In this document: positions 11,314 through 21,091 of the stretch, piece by piece
How positions within the stretch are numbered: position 1 is the stretch's first letter
Layout: each line of letters starts with the position of its first letter
IMG/VR virus record: IMGVR_UViG_3300027749_002876
Coordinates: 372,001-436,000 of that record
DNA: 64,000 nucleotides
Direction: 5' to 3' (one strand)
Notes under the pieces: generated by a model
The model's database searches: none
Seen by the model: only the letters and a program-made list of their open reading frames with translations
What the model was told of the DNA's origin: nothing
Translations under genes and position numbers: made by a program

Positions 11314-13980
11314 ATGGCATTGACAGTAATTAAACCATCAGGAATAGATACATCTGGTAACTACACAGTTACCGGTATGAACGTTTCTGCCAATATTTCT
11401 GTTGCCAACTTGTCTGCTACTACTTCAGCAAATCTAGGTAATGTTGGCAATATAACTATCACCGGCGGTTCTAGTGGTCAAGTATTAAGTACAAACGGTT
11501 CAGGTGGATTATCATTTATATCAGTAAGTTCATCAGGTATCAGTAATGGTAATAGTAACGTTAACATAGCAACAGCAAATGGCAATGTAACTATCACTAG
11601 TGCTGGTAATACAACAATGACTATTACTGGTACCGGGGCTAATGTATCAGGGACATTAAGTATATCAGGTAATAGTAATTTGGGTAATAGCGCAGTAGCT
11701 AATTACTTCACTGGTAACTTGTATGGTACTGCTAATCTAGCAACATATGCTACAACAGCAAATAGTGTAGCCGGTGCCAATGTTTCTGGTCAAGTATCTA
11801 ACAGTTTAGTAGCTGGTACAGTCTACACTAACGCACAACCAAATATTACAAGTATTGGTACACTAACTAGTCTATCAGTATCCGGTAATGCTACAATTGG
11901 TGGCAATCTAATTACATCTGGTGCTGGTGGCGGTAATATTACTGGTGCTAATGTAGTTTCAGCAAATCTCTTTACAGGTACATTAACAACTCAATCTCAA
12001 CCAAATATCACAAGTGTTGGTACATTGACTAGCATAAGTGTTTCTGGTAACGCCAATGTAGGTAACATTGGTACAACTAACTTAGTTGCTACTGGCACAG
12101 GATCATTTGGCGCTAATGTCAACATGAATACATATTGGATAAACAACGTTGGTTATCCAAATTTAACTACTGATGTTGCTACAAAAGCATATGTTGATAC
12201 AATGATATCAAGTGGTATAGCGTATCATCAACCAGTCAATGTCGCAACTACAACTACATTAGCAATTGCTACTAGTGGTACAACATCATATGTTTCACCA
12301 AATGGTGCAGCCAATGGTATAGGTGCTTATATCAGCACGACTGGTACATATTTAAATATTGACAGTGCCAATGTACAAACAGTTGGCACTCGTATCTTAG
12401 TTAAAGATGAAGCTAATGCTACATGGAACGGAGTTTACACCTACGCCAATACAACAGCTATTATTCGTTCTACTGACACTGACGAATATGGCCCAGATAG
12501 CACAGCACAACTAAGTATCAATGATTATTTCTTTACTCAAGGTGGTACTGTTAATAAAGGTGTTGCTTTTATAGTTAGCGCACCTACTGGTACAATAACA
12601 TTTGGTACTAGTAATATTACATTTGCTCAGTTTAGTACAAGTCAAGTTTACACTGCTGGTACTGGTATCGCAATTACAGGTACTGTTATCAGTGCTAACG
12701 CAAGTCAAACACAAGTCACCGCAGTTGGTACACTAACAACATTAAGTGTATCCGGTAATGCTAACATAGGCAACATTGGTGCAACATCTGGTATATTCAC
12801 CAACGTATCAGGCAATGGCTCTACATTAAGTTCAATTACAGGTGGTAATGTTACTGGTCAAGTGGGCAATGCATTAGTAGCTGGTACTGTGTATACTAAC
12901 GCTCAACCAAATATCACAAGTGTTGGTACACTAACAACATTAAGTGTTTCTGGTAATGCTACTGTTGGTAATATAATTGCGAGTAGCGGCGGTGGTGGTG
13001 GTAACATCACGGGTGCTAATTTAGTTTCTGCTAACTTCTTTACCGGTACATTAACAACAGCCGCACAGCCAAATATAACAAGCACAGGTACATTAGCAAG
13101 TTTAAGTGTAACAGGTAATGCCAACATAGGTAACATTGGTACAGGTGGATTGATTACTGCTACAGGAAACTTAAATGCAGGTAATATAATCACAGGTGGT
13201 ATCGTATCTGCTACAGGCAATGGTTCGTTTGGTAATGTCAATGGTGGTAATTTAATAACGGCAAACTACACAACAGCAGTAATTACAACAGGTGCTCAGC
13301 CAAATATAACAAGTATAGGTACATTAACATCATTATCAGTTTCTGGTACAAGCAATCTAGGTGCCGTAGGTAATGTAACTATCACAGGCGGCACTAATGG
13401 ATATGTATTAAGCACAAATGGATCTGGCACTCTATCTTGGGTAGCACAATCAAGTGGTGGTGGCGCATCTATTAGCAACGGCACAAGTAATGTTAATATC
13501 GCAACGTCTGGTGGCAATGTAACAACTAGCGTAAATGGTAACGCTAACATATTAGTAGTAACTGGTACTGGTGCAAACGTCAATGGTACATTAAAAGTAA
13601 CCGGACAAAGTAATTTAGGCGCAGTCGCTAATGTAGTTATTACAGGTGGCACAGCAAATTATGCACTTACAACAGATGGTGCAGGTAATCTAAGTTGGGC
13701 AGCGATGCCAGGCGGAGCAAACGTAACAGTAGATAACTTCACTGGTAATGGAGTGCAAACAATATTTACTTTAAGCACTACTCCAATTGGTATAAATCAA
13801 ACAAGTGTTAACTACAATGGTGCAACAGTATTACGTACGGGTTATACACTAGCTAACGCAAACATAACATTCAGTAGCGCACCTGCAAATGGCAGCTTGA
13901 TAGAAGTAACAACAATCAACTTAACCTCCGGTGGCTCATCAGCCGCCGCAGTAGGCTATTCATTAATATTCGGAGGATAA
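11314..13980 (+). CDS. Tail fibre-like protein
   Basis: 888 aa; same repeat modules; preceded by CTAAATA late-type promoter and AAGGA. Confidence 0.8.
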   Translation: MALTVIKPSGIDTSGNYTVTGMNVSANISVANLSATTSANLGNVGNITITGGSSGQVLSTNGSGGLSFISVSSSGISNGNSNVNIATANGNVTITSAGNTTMTITGTGANVSGTLSISGNSNLGNSAVANYFTGNLYGTANLATYATTANSVAGANVSGQVSNSLVAGTVYTNAQPNITSIGTLTSLSVSGNATIGGNLITSGAGGGNITGANVVSANLFTGTLTTQSQPNITSVGTLTSISVSGNANVGNIGTTNLVATGTGSFGANVNMNTYWINNVGYPNLTTDVATKAYVDTMISSGIAYHQPVNVATTTTLAIATSGTTSYVSPNGAANGIGAYISTTGTYLNIDSANVQTVGTRILVKDEANATWNGVYTYANTTAIIRSTDTDEYGPDSTAQLSINDYFFTQGGTVNKGVAFIVSAPTGTITFGTSNITFAQFSTSQVYTAGTGIAITGTVISANASQTQVTAVGTLTTLSVSGNANIGNIGATSGIFTNVSGNGSTLSSITGGNVTGQVGNALVAGTVYTNAQPNITSVGTLTTLSVSGNATVGNIIASSGGGGGNITGANLVSANFFTGTLTTAAQPNITSTGTLASLSVTGNANIGNIGTGGLITATGNLNAGNIITGGIVSATGNGSFGNVNGGNLITANYTTAVITTGAQPNITSIGTLTSLSVSGTSNLGAVGNVTITGGTNGYVLSTNGSGTLSWVAQSSGGGASISNGTSNVNIATSGGNVTTSVNGNANILVVTGTGANVNGTLKVTGQSNLGAVANVVITGGTANYALTTDGAGNLSWAAMPGGANVTVDNFTGNGVQTIFTLSTTPIGINQTSVNYNGATVLRTGYTLANANITFSSAPANGSLIEVTTINLTSGGSSAAAVGYSLIFGG

Positions 13981-13981
13981 C

Positions 13982-14353
13982 ATGGCAGCACCAAATATAA
14001 TCAGTGCAACAACAATCAATGGTAAAACAACGGGTGCAAACCTAACAACAACCGCGGCAACCACAGTATTAAACAATGCTGTTGGTAGTGGTAAATGTTT
14101 AAAAGTAAACGTATTAAACGTATCAAACTACGGAGCTAGTACAGCCAATGTAACAGTTGGTTATTATAATGCAGCCAACGTTGGTGGAACATTGTTTCAA
14201 ATTACAGGTAATGTAAGTGTCCCTGCAAATAGTACATTAAACGTTATTGATAAAACAAGTCAGTATTACTTAGAAGAAAACAGTAGTTTAGGAGCCACAG
14301 CCGGGACAGCTAACACATTGTGTGTTACTTGCAGTTATGAGGATATAAGCTAA
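13982..14353 (+). CDS. Small tail-associated structural protein
   Basis: 123 aa MAAPNI...YLEE...CSYEDIS. Confidence 0.65.
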   Translation: MAAPNIISATTINGKTTGANLTTTAATTVLNNAVGSGKCLKVNVLNVSNYGASTANVTVGYYNAANVGGTLFQITGNVSVPANSTLNVIDKTSQYYLEENSSLGATAGTANTLCVTCSYEDIS

Positions 14354-14354
14354 C

Positions 14355-15584
14355 ATGGTTAAAAGATATTATGGTGGTATAATATCTGCTACACAAGCTG
14401 TAGCCAATTCCACATCAGCCTCTGGTGTTTTTAATGCTAGTCAACAAATGCAAGCTAAACAAGCAGGTAACTGGCCAATAACAATAACCGTACCGGGTGC
14501 ACCTACAATAGGTACAGCAACAGCTACTAGCTCAACAACAGCAACAGTAGCATTTACCGCTCCCGCAAGTAATGGCGGTTCAACTATAACAAGTTATACA
14601 GCAACAAGTAGTCCAGGCGGAATCACTGGTACATTAAGTCAAGCCGGATCCGGTACTATTGCTGTTACTGGTTTAACAACTGGAACAACTTATACATTTA
14701 CAGTAACAGCTACTAATAGTATTGGTACAGGCCCAGCAAGTGCGGCTTCTAACAGTATAGCTCCTTCTATGCCAGATTGGTACTTAGTACAAGCCGGCGG
14801 TGGTGGAGGGGGTAATAATGACGGTGCTGGAGCAGGCGGTGCTGGCGGGCTTGTAATTTACAATAATTTCACCTTTACTGCTACAAGTTATTCAGTATCA
14901 GTAGGCGCCGGTGGCGCAACTCACGCGGTTGGTAATGATTCAACCTTTACACACGCGGGCGGAACATCTACTGCTAAAGGTGGTGGTAAAGGCGGTAATA
15001 ACTCTGAAGATGGCAATGATGCTTTGACAAACGGAGGTTCTGCTGGTTCTGCTGGTTCAACAGGAGCCCCATTTCCTGTAGGGTCTGTAACGCAAGCTAA
15101 TCCTAGTGGCGGTGGTATTGGATATGGCAACCTCGCAGGAACTCAGGGCAGAAGCCCGTATAGACCCGGTGGCGGTGGTGGTGCTGGTGCGGCAGGTCAA
15201 GCTGGTACTGCGAATGCAAATGGTTCTGGTAATGGTGGCGCAGGTTATGAGTGGCCCGCATCTTCTGGCACTTACTACGGTGGTGGTGGTGGTGGCGGAC
15301 AACATTCTTCTGCAAGTGCTTCTGGTGCAGGCGGAATAGGTGGCGGCGGTGCTGGTGGAACTACTGGCAATGGCGCCGGTGGTTCTCCAAATACAGGTGG
15401 CGGTGGCGGCGGATCAGGCAACGCCGCGTATTTAGGTGGCGCAGGTGGTTCAGGCGTTGTAGTTATTTCTTGCCCAGCAACCTTTACTGTTTCTCAATCT
15501 GGATTGACAATGTCCACGGTAACAGTTGGCACTAAAAAAGTAACAACCATTACTGCTGGTAGCGGTTCATTTATTTTGTCATAG
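14355..15584 (+). CDS. Fibronectin type III plus glycine-rich adhesin protein
   Basis: VPGAPTIGTAT...YTFTVTATNSIGTGPAS FN3 pattern followed by a Gly-rich domain. Confidence 0.8.
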   Translation: MVKRYYGGIISATQAVANSTSASGVFNASQQMQAKQAGNWPITITVPGAPTIGTATATSSTTATVAFTAPASNGGSTITSYTATSSPGGITGTLSQAGSGTIAVTGLTTGTTYTFTVTATNSIGTGPASAASNSIAPSMPDWYLVQAGGGGGGNNDGAGAGGAGGLVIYNNFTFTATSYSVSVGAGGATHAVGNDSTFTHAGGTSTAKGGGKGGNNSEDGNDALTNGGSAGSAGSTGAPFPVGSVTQANPSGGGIGYGNLAGTQGRSPYRPGGGGGAGAAGQAGTANANGSGNGGAGYEWPASSGTYYGGGGGGGQHSSASASGAGGIGGGGAGGTTGNGAGGSPNTGGGGGGSGNAAYLGGAGGSGVVVISCPATFTVSQSGLTMSTVTVGTKKVTTITAGSGSFILS

Positions 15585-15592
15585 GATAAACA

Positions 15593-15673
15593 ATGCCTAG
15601 TTATTTAGGAATTTGGACACGCCCACAACAAATGCAAGCTAAATCTGCTGGCACAGGTACAGTCACTGTCTAA
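15593..15673 (+). pseudogene. Internally deleted adhesin gene relic (26 aa)
   Basis: MPSYLGIWTRPQQMQAKSAG-TGTVTV*: N-part matches QQMQAKQAG of the 14355 ORF, C-part matches AGTGTITV* of the 9370 ORF. Confidence 0.7.
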
Positions 15674-15721
15674 GAGATAAATTGGATTAAATACATAGAT
15701 AAACAATAAGAGAATTACTAC

Positions 15722-18700
15722 ATGGCAATTACAAAATTACAACCGTTCAACTTAGATACAACTGCTAATTATACCTTTGCCAACGTTACCGCAACCAATG
15801 CTAATTTAGGCAACGCGGCTACAGCTAACTTCTTTATTGGCTCAGGTAACAATCTAAGTAACATTCAAGGTGCTAATGTTACTGGAGCAGTATCAAGTGC
15901 GACAACAGCCGCAACTGTAACAACAAACGCACAACCAAATATCACAAGTACAGGTACATTAACTAGTTTAAGTGTATCTGGTAATGCTAATATAGGTAAT
16001 CTGTCTGTCTCTGGTGTAGTTAATAGCAATTTAATTCCAGTTGGAAACGGCGTTCAAAGTTTAGGTAACGCAACTAATCAATGGAGCAATTTATTTCTAA
16101 CAGGCAATACAATTTATTTAGGTAATGCTACTATTAGTTCTAATGCTACTACTATTGTATTGACAAACCCAGGCGGTGGACAAACAGTATTTGCAGGTAA
16201 TACAGGAAACAGTGACATATCTGGACAAACATTAAGTATAACAGGTAATGCTAGATTAGGTAATATCATATCAAGTGGTGGTAACATCACTGGTGCTAAT
16301 GTAATCTCTGCTAATCTATTTACAGGTACATTAACAACAGGACCTCAGCCAAACATCACAAGTACTGGTACATTAAGTAGTTTAAGTGTATCTGGTACAA
16401 GTAATTTAGGTGCAGTTGGAAATGTAACTATTACTGGTGGTTCAAGTGGACAAGTATTAAGTACAAATGGATCTGGTGGGTTGTCATTTATATCAGTTAG
16501 CTCAGCCGGTGTATCGAACGGTAATAGTAACGTTAATATAGCAACAGCCAATGGCAATGTAACTATTACTAGTGCTAGTAATACAACGATGACTATTACT
16601 GGTACTGGGGCTAATGTATCAGGGACATTAAGTGTTTCTGGTAATGCAACAATTGGTAATATCATATTAAGTGGTACTGGTGGAAATATAACAGGTGCTA
16701 ATGTAATCTCTGCTAATCTATTTACAGGTACATTAACAACAGCCGCACAGCCAAACATCACATCAGTTGGGACACTAGCAAGTTTAAGTGTTACCGGTAA
16801 CGGTGTATTTGGTAATGTTAATGCAGGTAACTTACTGACAGCAAACTATTCAACTGCGGTAATAACAACAGGTGCTCAGCCAAATATCACAAGTACTGGT
16901 ACATTAAGTAGTTTAAGTGTATCTGGCAATGCAAACATTGGTAACATTGGTACAGCTGGATTAATAACAGCAACCGGTAACTTAAATGCAGGTAACATTA
17001 TTACTGGTGGTGTTGTAAGTGCTACTGGTAACGGTACATTTGGTAATGTATCTGCAACTAATCACACTGGTACAACAGTAAGTGTAACCGGTAATGTTAC
17101 TGGTGGTAACTTAACTACAGGTGGTATCGTAAGTTCAACTGGTACAGGTGATAGTGCATTCAGTGGTAATATCAATATGAACGGCAAGTGGGTAGGAAAC
17201 ATTGGTTATGCAGTTGCTAATACAGATGCCGCATCTAAGTTATATGTTGATACAATGATATCAAGTGGTATCAGTTATCACGCACCAGTCAATGTCGCTA
17301 CAACAACAACATTAGCAATTGCTACAGGTGGTACAGTAACTTATAACAACGGTACTGCTGGTGTTGGTGCAAACTTAGTTACTACAGGTACATATTTAAA
17401 TATTGATAGTGCAAACGTTCAAACAGTTGGAACACGTATTCTTGTTAAGAACGAAGCTAACGCGGCATGGAACGGGGTTTATACATACGCAAATACAACA
17501 ACGATTGTTCGCTCTACTGACACAGATGAATACGGTCCAGATAGTACAACACAGTTAAGTGTTAATGATTACTTCTTTACAACCGGCGGTGTAGTCAATG
17601 AGGGTGTAGCATTCATTGTAAGTGCCCCAACAGGAACTATTACATTTGGCACATCATTAATTACATTCAGTACATTCAGTACAAGTCAAGTATATGATGC
17701 TGGTACAGGTATTGCTATCACTGGTACTACCATCAGCGCAAATGCAAGTCAAACACAAATCACAGCAGTTGGTACACTAACAAGTCTATCAATCTCTGGC
17801 AACGCAAACATTGGCAATATTGGTACTGGTATTATTACTGCTACTGGTAATGCTAACGTAGGTAATATTGGTGCGGCAGCAGGTGTGTTTACAACTGTTG
17901 CAGGTTCATTGGTAACGGCAGCACAACCTAACATTACTTCTCTTGGAACTATAACATCATTATCAATTTCTGGCAATGCAAACATTGGCAACATTGGTAC
18001 AGCTGGTTTAATTACAGCTACTGGTAATATTCAAGGTGGTAACTTAGTAACAGGTGGTGTTCTATCTGTTACTGGTAATGCTAACGTTGGTAATATAGGA
18101 GCAGCCGCAGGCGTATTTACAACAGTAGCCGGTTCATTAACTACTGCGGCTCAACCAAACATTACAAGTACCGGTACTTTAACTAGTGTTTCTGTTTCTG
18201 GTAATGCAAACATTGGCAACATTGGTACAGGTGGACTAATCACTGCTACCGGTAACTTGAATGCAGGTAATATTATTACAGGTGGCATAGTATCTGCTAC
18301 CGGTAATGTTACAGCAAACTTCTTTATTGGTAATGGTTCAGCATTAACTGGATTAAGTACAGCAGGTGTATCAAATGGTAACAGTAATGTTAATATCCCA
18401 AGTGCTAATGGTAACGTTAACCTTTCATCTGCAGGCATAGCAAACGTATTAGTAGTTACTGGTACAGGCTCAAACATAGCCGGTACATTAAGTGTATCAG
18501 GCAACGCTACAATAGGTAATATTGTATCAAGTGGTACAGGTGGTAACATTTCTGGTGCTAACGTAATAAGTGCCAACATACTTGTTTCTAACATAGCAAC
18601 TGGTACAGCTCCATTCACTGTAACAAGTACGACAGTAGTCCCCAACTTATATGTAGCACGTGCTAACGTAAGTGACTATGATGTTGTTACAGCATCTACT

Positions 18701-21091
18701 ACTGGTAATTATTATTTAGGTATGTGGACTGCTACTAGTGGTAACTTACAAAACTATGCAAACTCTGTGTTTGTAGCTAATGTAAGTAACGGAGCTATTA
18801 CAGCGACAACATTTGTTGGTGCACTAAGTGGTGCGGCAACTAGTGCTACAACAGCAGGTACAGTAACAACTGCGGCTCAACCTAATATTACGAGTGTTGG
18901 TACACTAACATCATTGGGTGTTAACGGTACTATTACAGCAGTTGCATTGACAGCTAATACAGGTGTTATTACTGGTAATGCTAACGGTATCTCAAGTGTT
19001 CAGGCAGCTAACATTGTTGGTACTACATTAGGTGCAACAGTTGTTACTTCAAGTTTAACAGCAGTTGGTACACTAACAAGTTTATCAATCTCTGGCAACG
19101 CAAACATTGGTAACATTGGTACAACATTAATCACTGCTACAGGTAATATCACTGGTGCTAACTTAGTAACAGGTGGTATACTAACAGTTACAGGTAATGC
19201 TACTGTTGGTAACTTGATTACTGCAGGTGGCTCTGGTGGTAACATTAGTAACGCTAACGTAATTTCTGCTAACTATTTCACTGGTACATTAACTACTGCG
19301 GCTCAACCCAACGTTACAAGCTTAGGCACATTAAGTACATTAAGTGTATCAGGTAATGCAACAGTTGGTAATTTAATAGGACCATATGCTAGTGGTAATA
19401 GTAATATTTCTATTACGTCTAATGCAAATATAACAATGTTTGTTGCAGGTAATGCAACAGCAAGGGCAGTATTTACTACAACTGGTGCAAATATAGCAGG
19501 TACATTAAGCGTATCAGGTAATGCAACAGTTGGTAATTTAATAGGCCCACTAGCTAATGGTAACAGTAATGTAAATATAGCTACAGCGAACGGAAATGTA
19601 ACTGTTACTGCTGTGGGTAACACAACAATGACTATCACTGGTACTGGTGCTAATATAGCAGGTACATTAAGCGTATCAGGAAACGGAACATTTGGTAACA
19701 TAAATGCAGGAAACTTATTAACAGCAAGTTATACAACTGCTGTATTAACTACAGGTGCTCAGCCAAATATCACATCAGTGGGTACATTAGCAAGCTTAAG
19801 TGTATCAGGAAACGGAACATTTGGTAATTTAATAGGTTCATATGCTAATGGTAACAGTAATGTAAATATTCCATCAAGTAACGGCAATGTTAATATTAGT
19901 GCAGTAGGTGTTGCTAACGTATTGGTAGTTACTGGTACTGGCGCTAATGTTAATGGTACACTAAGCGTATCAGGTAATGCCGCGTTCGCTAATCTTACAT
20001 CAAATGGAACCGGTGGCAATATCACTGGTGCTAATGTAATCTCTGCTAATACTGTAAGCGTATCAGGTAATGCTACTATTGGTAATATTATATCAAGTGG
20101 AAGTGGTGGTAACATGACCGGTGGTAATGTAATTTCTGCTAATACATTCAGTGCAAGTGGTAATATTACTGCTAACTTCTATATTGGTAATGGTAGTCAG
20201 TTAACTGGATTAAGCACAGCAGGTGTATCAAATGGTAATAGTAATGTAAATATTGCAACTGCAAACGGCAATGTAACTATTGCGTCTGCAGGCAACACAA
20301 CACTAACAATAACTGGTACTGGTGCTAATGTAGCAGGTACATTAAGTGTATCTGGTAATGCTACCGTTGGTAACATAAATGCAGGAAACTTATTAACAGC
20401 AAGTTATACAACTGCTGTATTAACAACAGGTGCTCAACCAAATATAACAAGTATTGGTACGTTAACCAGTGTTTCTGTATCAGGTAATGCTAACATTGGT
20501 AATTTAAATTCTGCTGGTAGAATAACAGGTGTAGATAATTTAATTGTTGGATCTAGTGGTGGCGAAGGTGGTCAAATAGTATTAGGTTATGTTGGTATTA
20601 ATAATATTACCGGTCAAGCAAATAGTACTTGGAATTTAGATGTTGATGGTTCAAACAACTATAGGTTATTCAGTCAAAATGCAACGGGTGTAGTAAGTGG
20701 CATAGCAATGACTGGCTATTCTGCAAACAACAATATATTGTTTGGAAATTCAATTGCCGCACCTAATGTTAACTTTACTGCATACAAAGAAACAGTAGTT
20801 GCAGGCGGTAACACAAGTACAAGTATTAGTCCTAACGTAGCTGCAGGTACTATTTTTAACTATACAGCTAATAGTAATTTTACTTTTAGCACATTAACTA
20901 ATGCAGTTGCAGGTAGTTCAGCAGTGGTAATTATTACACAAGATGCTACTGGAAGTAGATTGTTAACAAGTACTATGAAGTTTGCTGGTAATAGTAAAAC
21001 TTTAAGTACTGCGGCATCTAGTATTGATATTATTACTGTGTTCTATGATGGTGCTACTTACTATGCCACATTGACTAAAGGATACGCATAA
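15722..21091 (+). CDS. Giant tail fibre-like protein
   Basis: 1789 aa; same modules; C-terminal IITQDATGSRLLT...DIITVFYDGATYY domain. Confidence 0.8.
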   Translation: MAITKLQPFNLDTTANYTFANVTATNANLGNAATANFFIGSGNNLSNIQGANVTGAVSSATTAATVTTNAQPNITSTGTLTSLSVSGNANIGNLSVSGVVNSNLIPVGNGVQSLGNATNQWSNLFLTGNTIYLGNATISSNATTIVLTNPGGGQTVFAGNTGNSDISGQTLSITGNARLGNIISSGGNITGANVISANLFTGTLTTGPQPNITSTGTLSSLSVSGTSNLGAVGNVTITGGSSGQVLSTNGSGGLSFISVSSAGVSNGNSNVNIATANGNVTITSASNTTMTITGTGANVSGTLSVSGNATIGNIILSGTGGNITGANVISANLFTGTLTTAAQPNITSVGTLASLSVTGNGVFGNVNAGNLLTANYSTAVITTGAQPNITSTGTLSSLSVSGNANIGNIGTAGLITATGNLNAGNIITGGVVSATGNGTFGNVSATNHTGTTVSVTGNVTGGNLTTGGIVSSTGTGDSAFSGNINMNGKWVGNIGYAVANTDAASKLYVDTMISSGISYHAPVNVATTTTLAIATGGTVTYNNGTAGVGANLVTTGTYLNIDSANVQTVGTRILVKNEANAAWNGVYTYANTTTIVRSTDTDEYGPDSTTQLSVNDYFFTTGGVVNEGVAFIVSAPTGTITFGTSLITFSTFSTSQVYDAGTGIAITGTTISANASQTQITAVGTLTSLSISGNANIGNIGTGIITATGNANVGNIGAAAGVFTTVAGSLVTAAQPNITSLGTITSLSISGNANIGNIGTAGLITATGNIQGGNLVTGGVLSVTGNANVGNIGAAAGVFTTVAGSLTTAAQPNITSTGTLTSVSVSGNANIGNIGTGGLITATGNLNAGNIITGGIVSATGNVTANFFIGNGSALTGLSTAGVSNGNSNVNIPSANGNVNLSSAGIANVLVVTGTGSNIAGTLSVSGNATIGNIVSSGTGGNISGANVISANILVSNIATGTAPFTVTSTTVVPNLYVARANVSDYDVVTASTTGNYYLGMWTATSGNLQNYANSVFVANVSNGAITATTFVGALSGAATSATTAGTVTTAAQPNITSVGTLTSLGVNGTITAVALTANTGVITGNANGISSVQAANIVGTTLGATVVTSSLTAVGTLTSLSISGNANIGNIGTTLITATGNITGANLVTGGILTVTGNATVGNLITAGGSGGNISNANVISANYFTGTLTTAAQPNVTSLGTLSTLSVSGNATVGNLIGPYASGNSNISITSNANITMFVAGNATARAVFTTTGANIAGTLSVSGNATVGNLIGPLANGNSNVNIATANGNVTVTAVGNTTMTITGTGANIAGTLSVSGNGTFGNINAGNLLTASYTTAVLTTGAQPNITSVGTLASLSVSGNGTFGNLIGSYANGNSNVNIPSSNGNVNISAVGVANVLVVTGTGANVNGTLSVSGNAAFANLTSNGTGGNITGANVISANTVSVSGNATIGNIISSGSGGNMTGGNVISANTFSASGNITANFYIGNGSQLTGLSTAGVSNGNSNVNIATANGNVTIASAGNTTLTITGTGANVAGTLSVSGNATVGNINAGNLLTASYTTAVLTTGAQPNITSIGTLTSVSVSGNANIGNLNSAGRITGVDNLIVGSSGGEGGQIVLGYVGINNITGQANSTWNLDVDGSNNYRLFSQNATGVVSGIAMTGYSANNNILFGNSIAAPNVNFTAYKETVVAGGNTSTSISPNVAAGTIFNYTANSNFTFSTLTNAVAGSSAVVIITQDATGSRLLTSTMKFAGNSKTLSTAASSIDIITVFYDGATYYATLTKGYA

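Noticed and set aside
9370-15584. Diversity-generating retroelement acting on the adhesins
   Set aside because: No reverse transcriptase in the window and no template/variable repeat pair differing only at adenines was seen.
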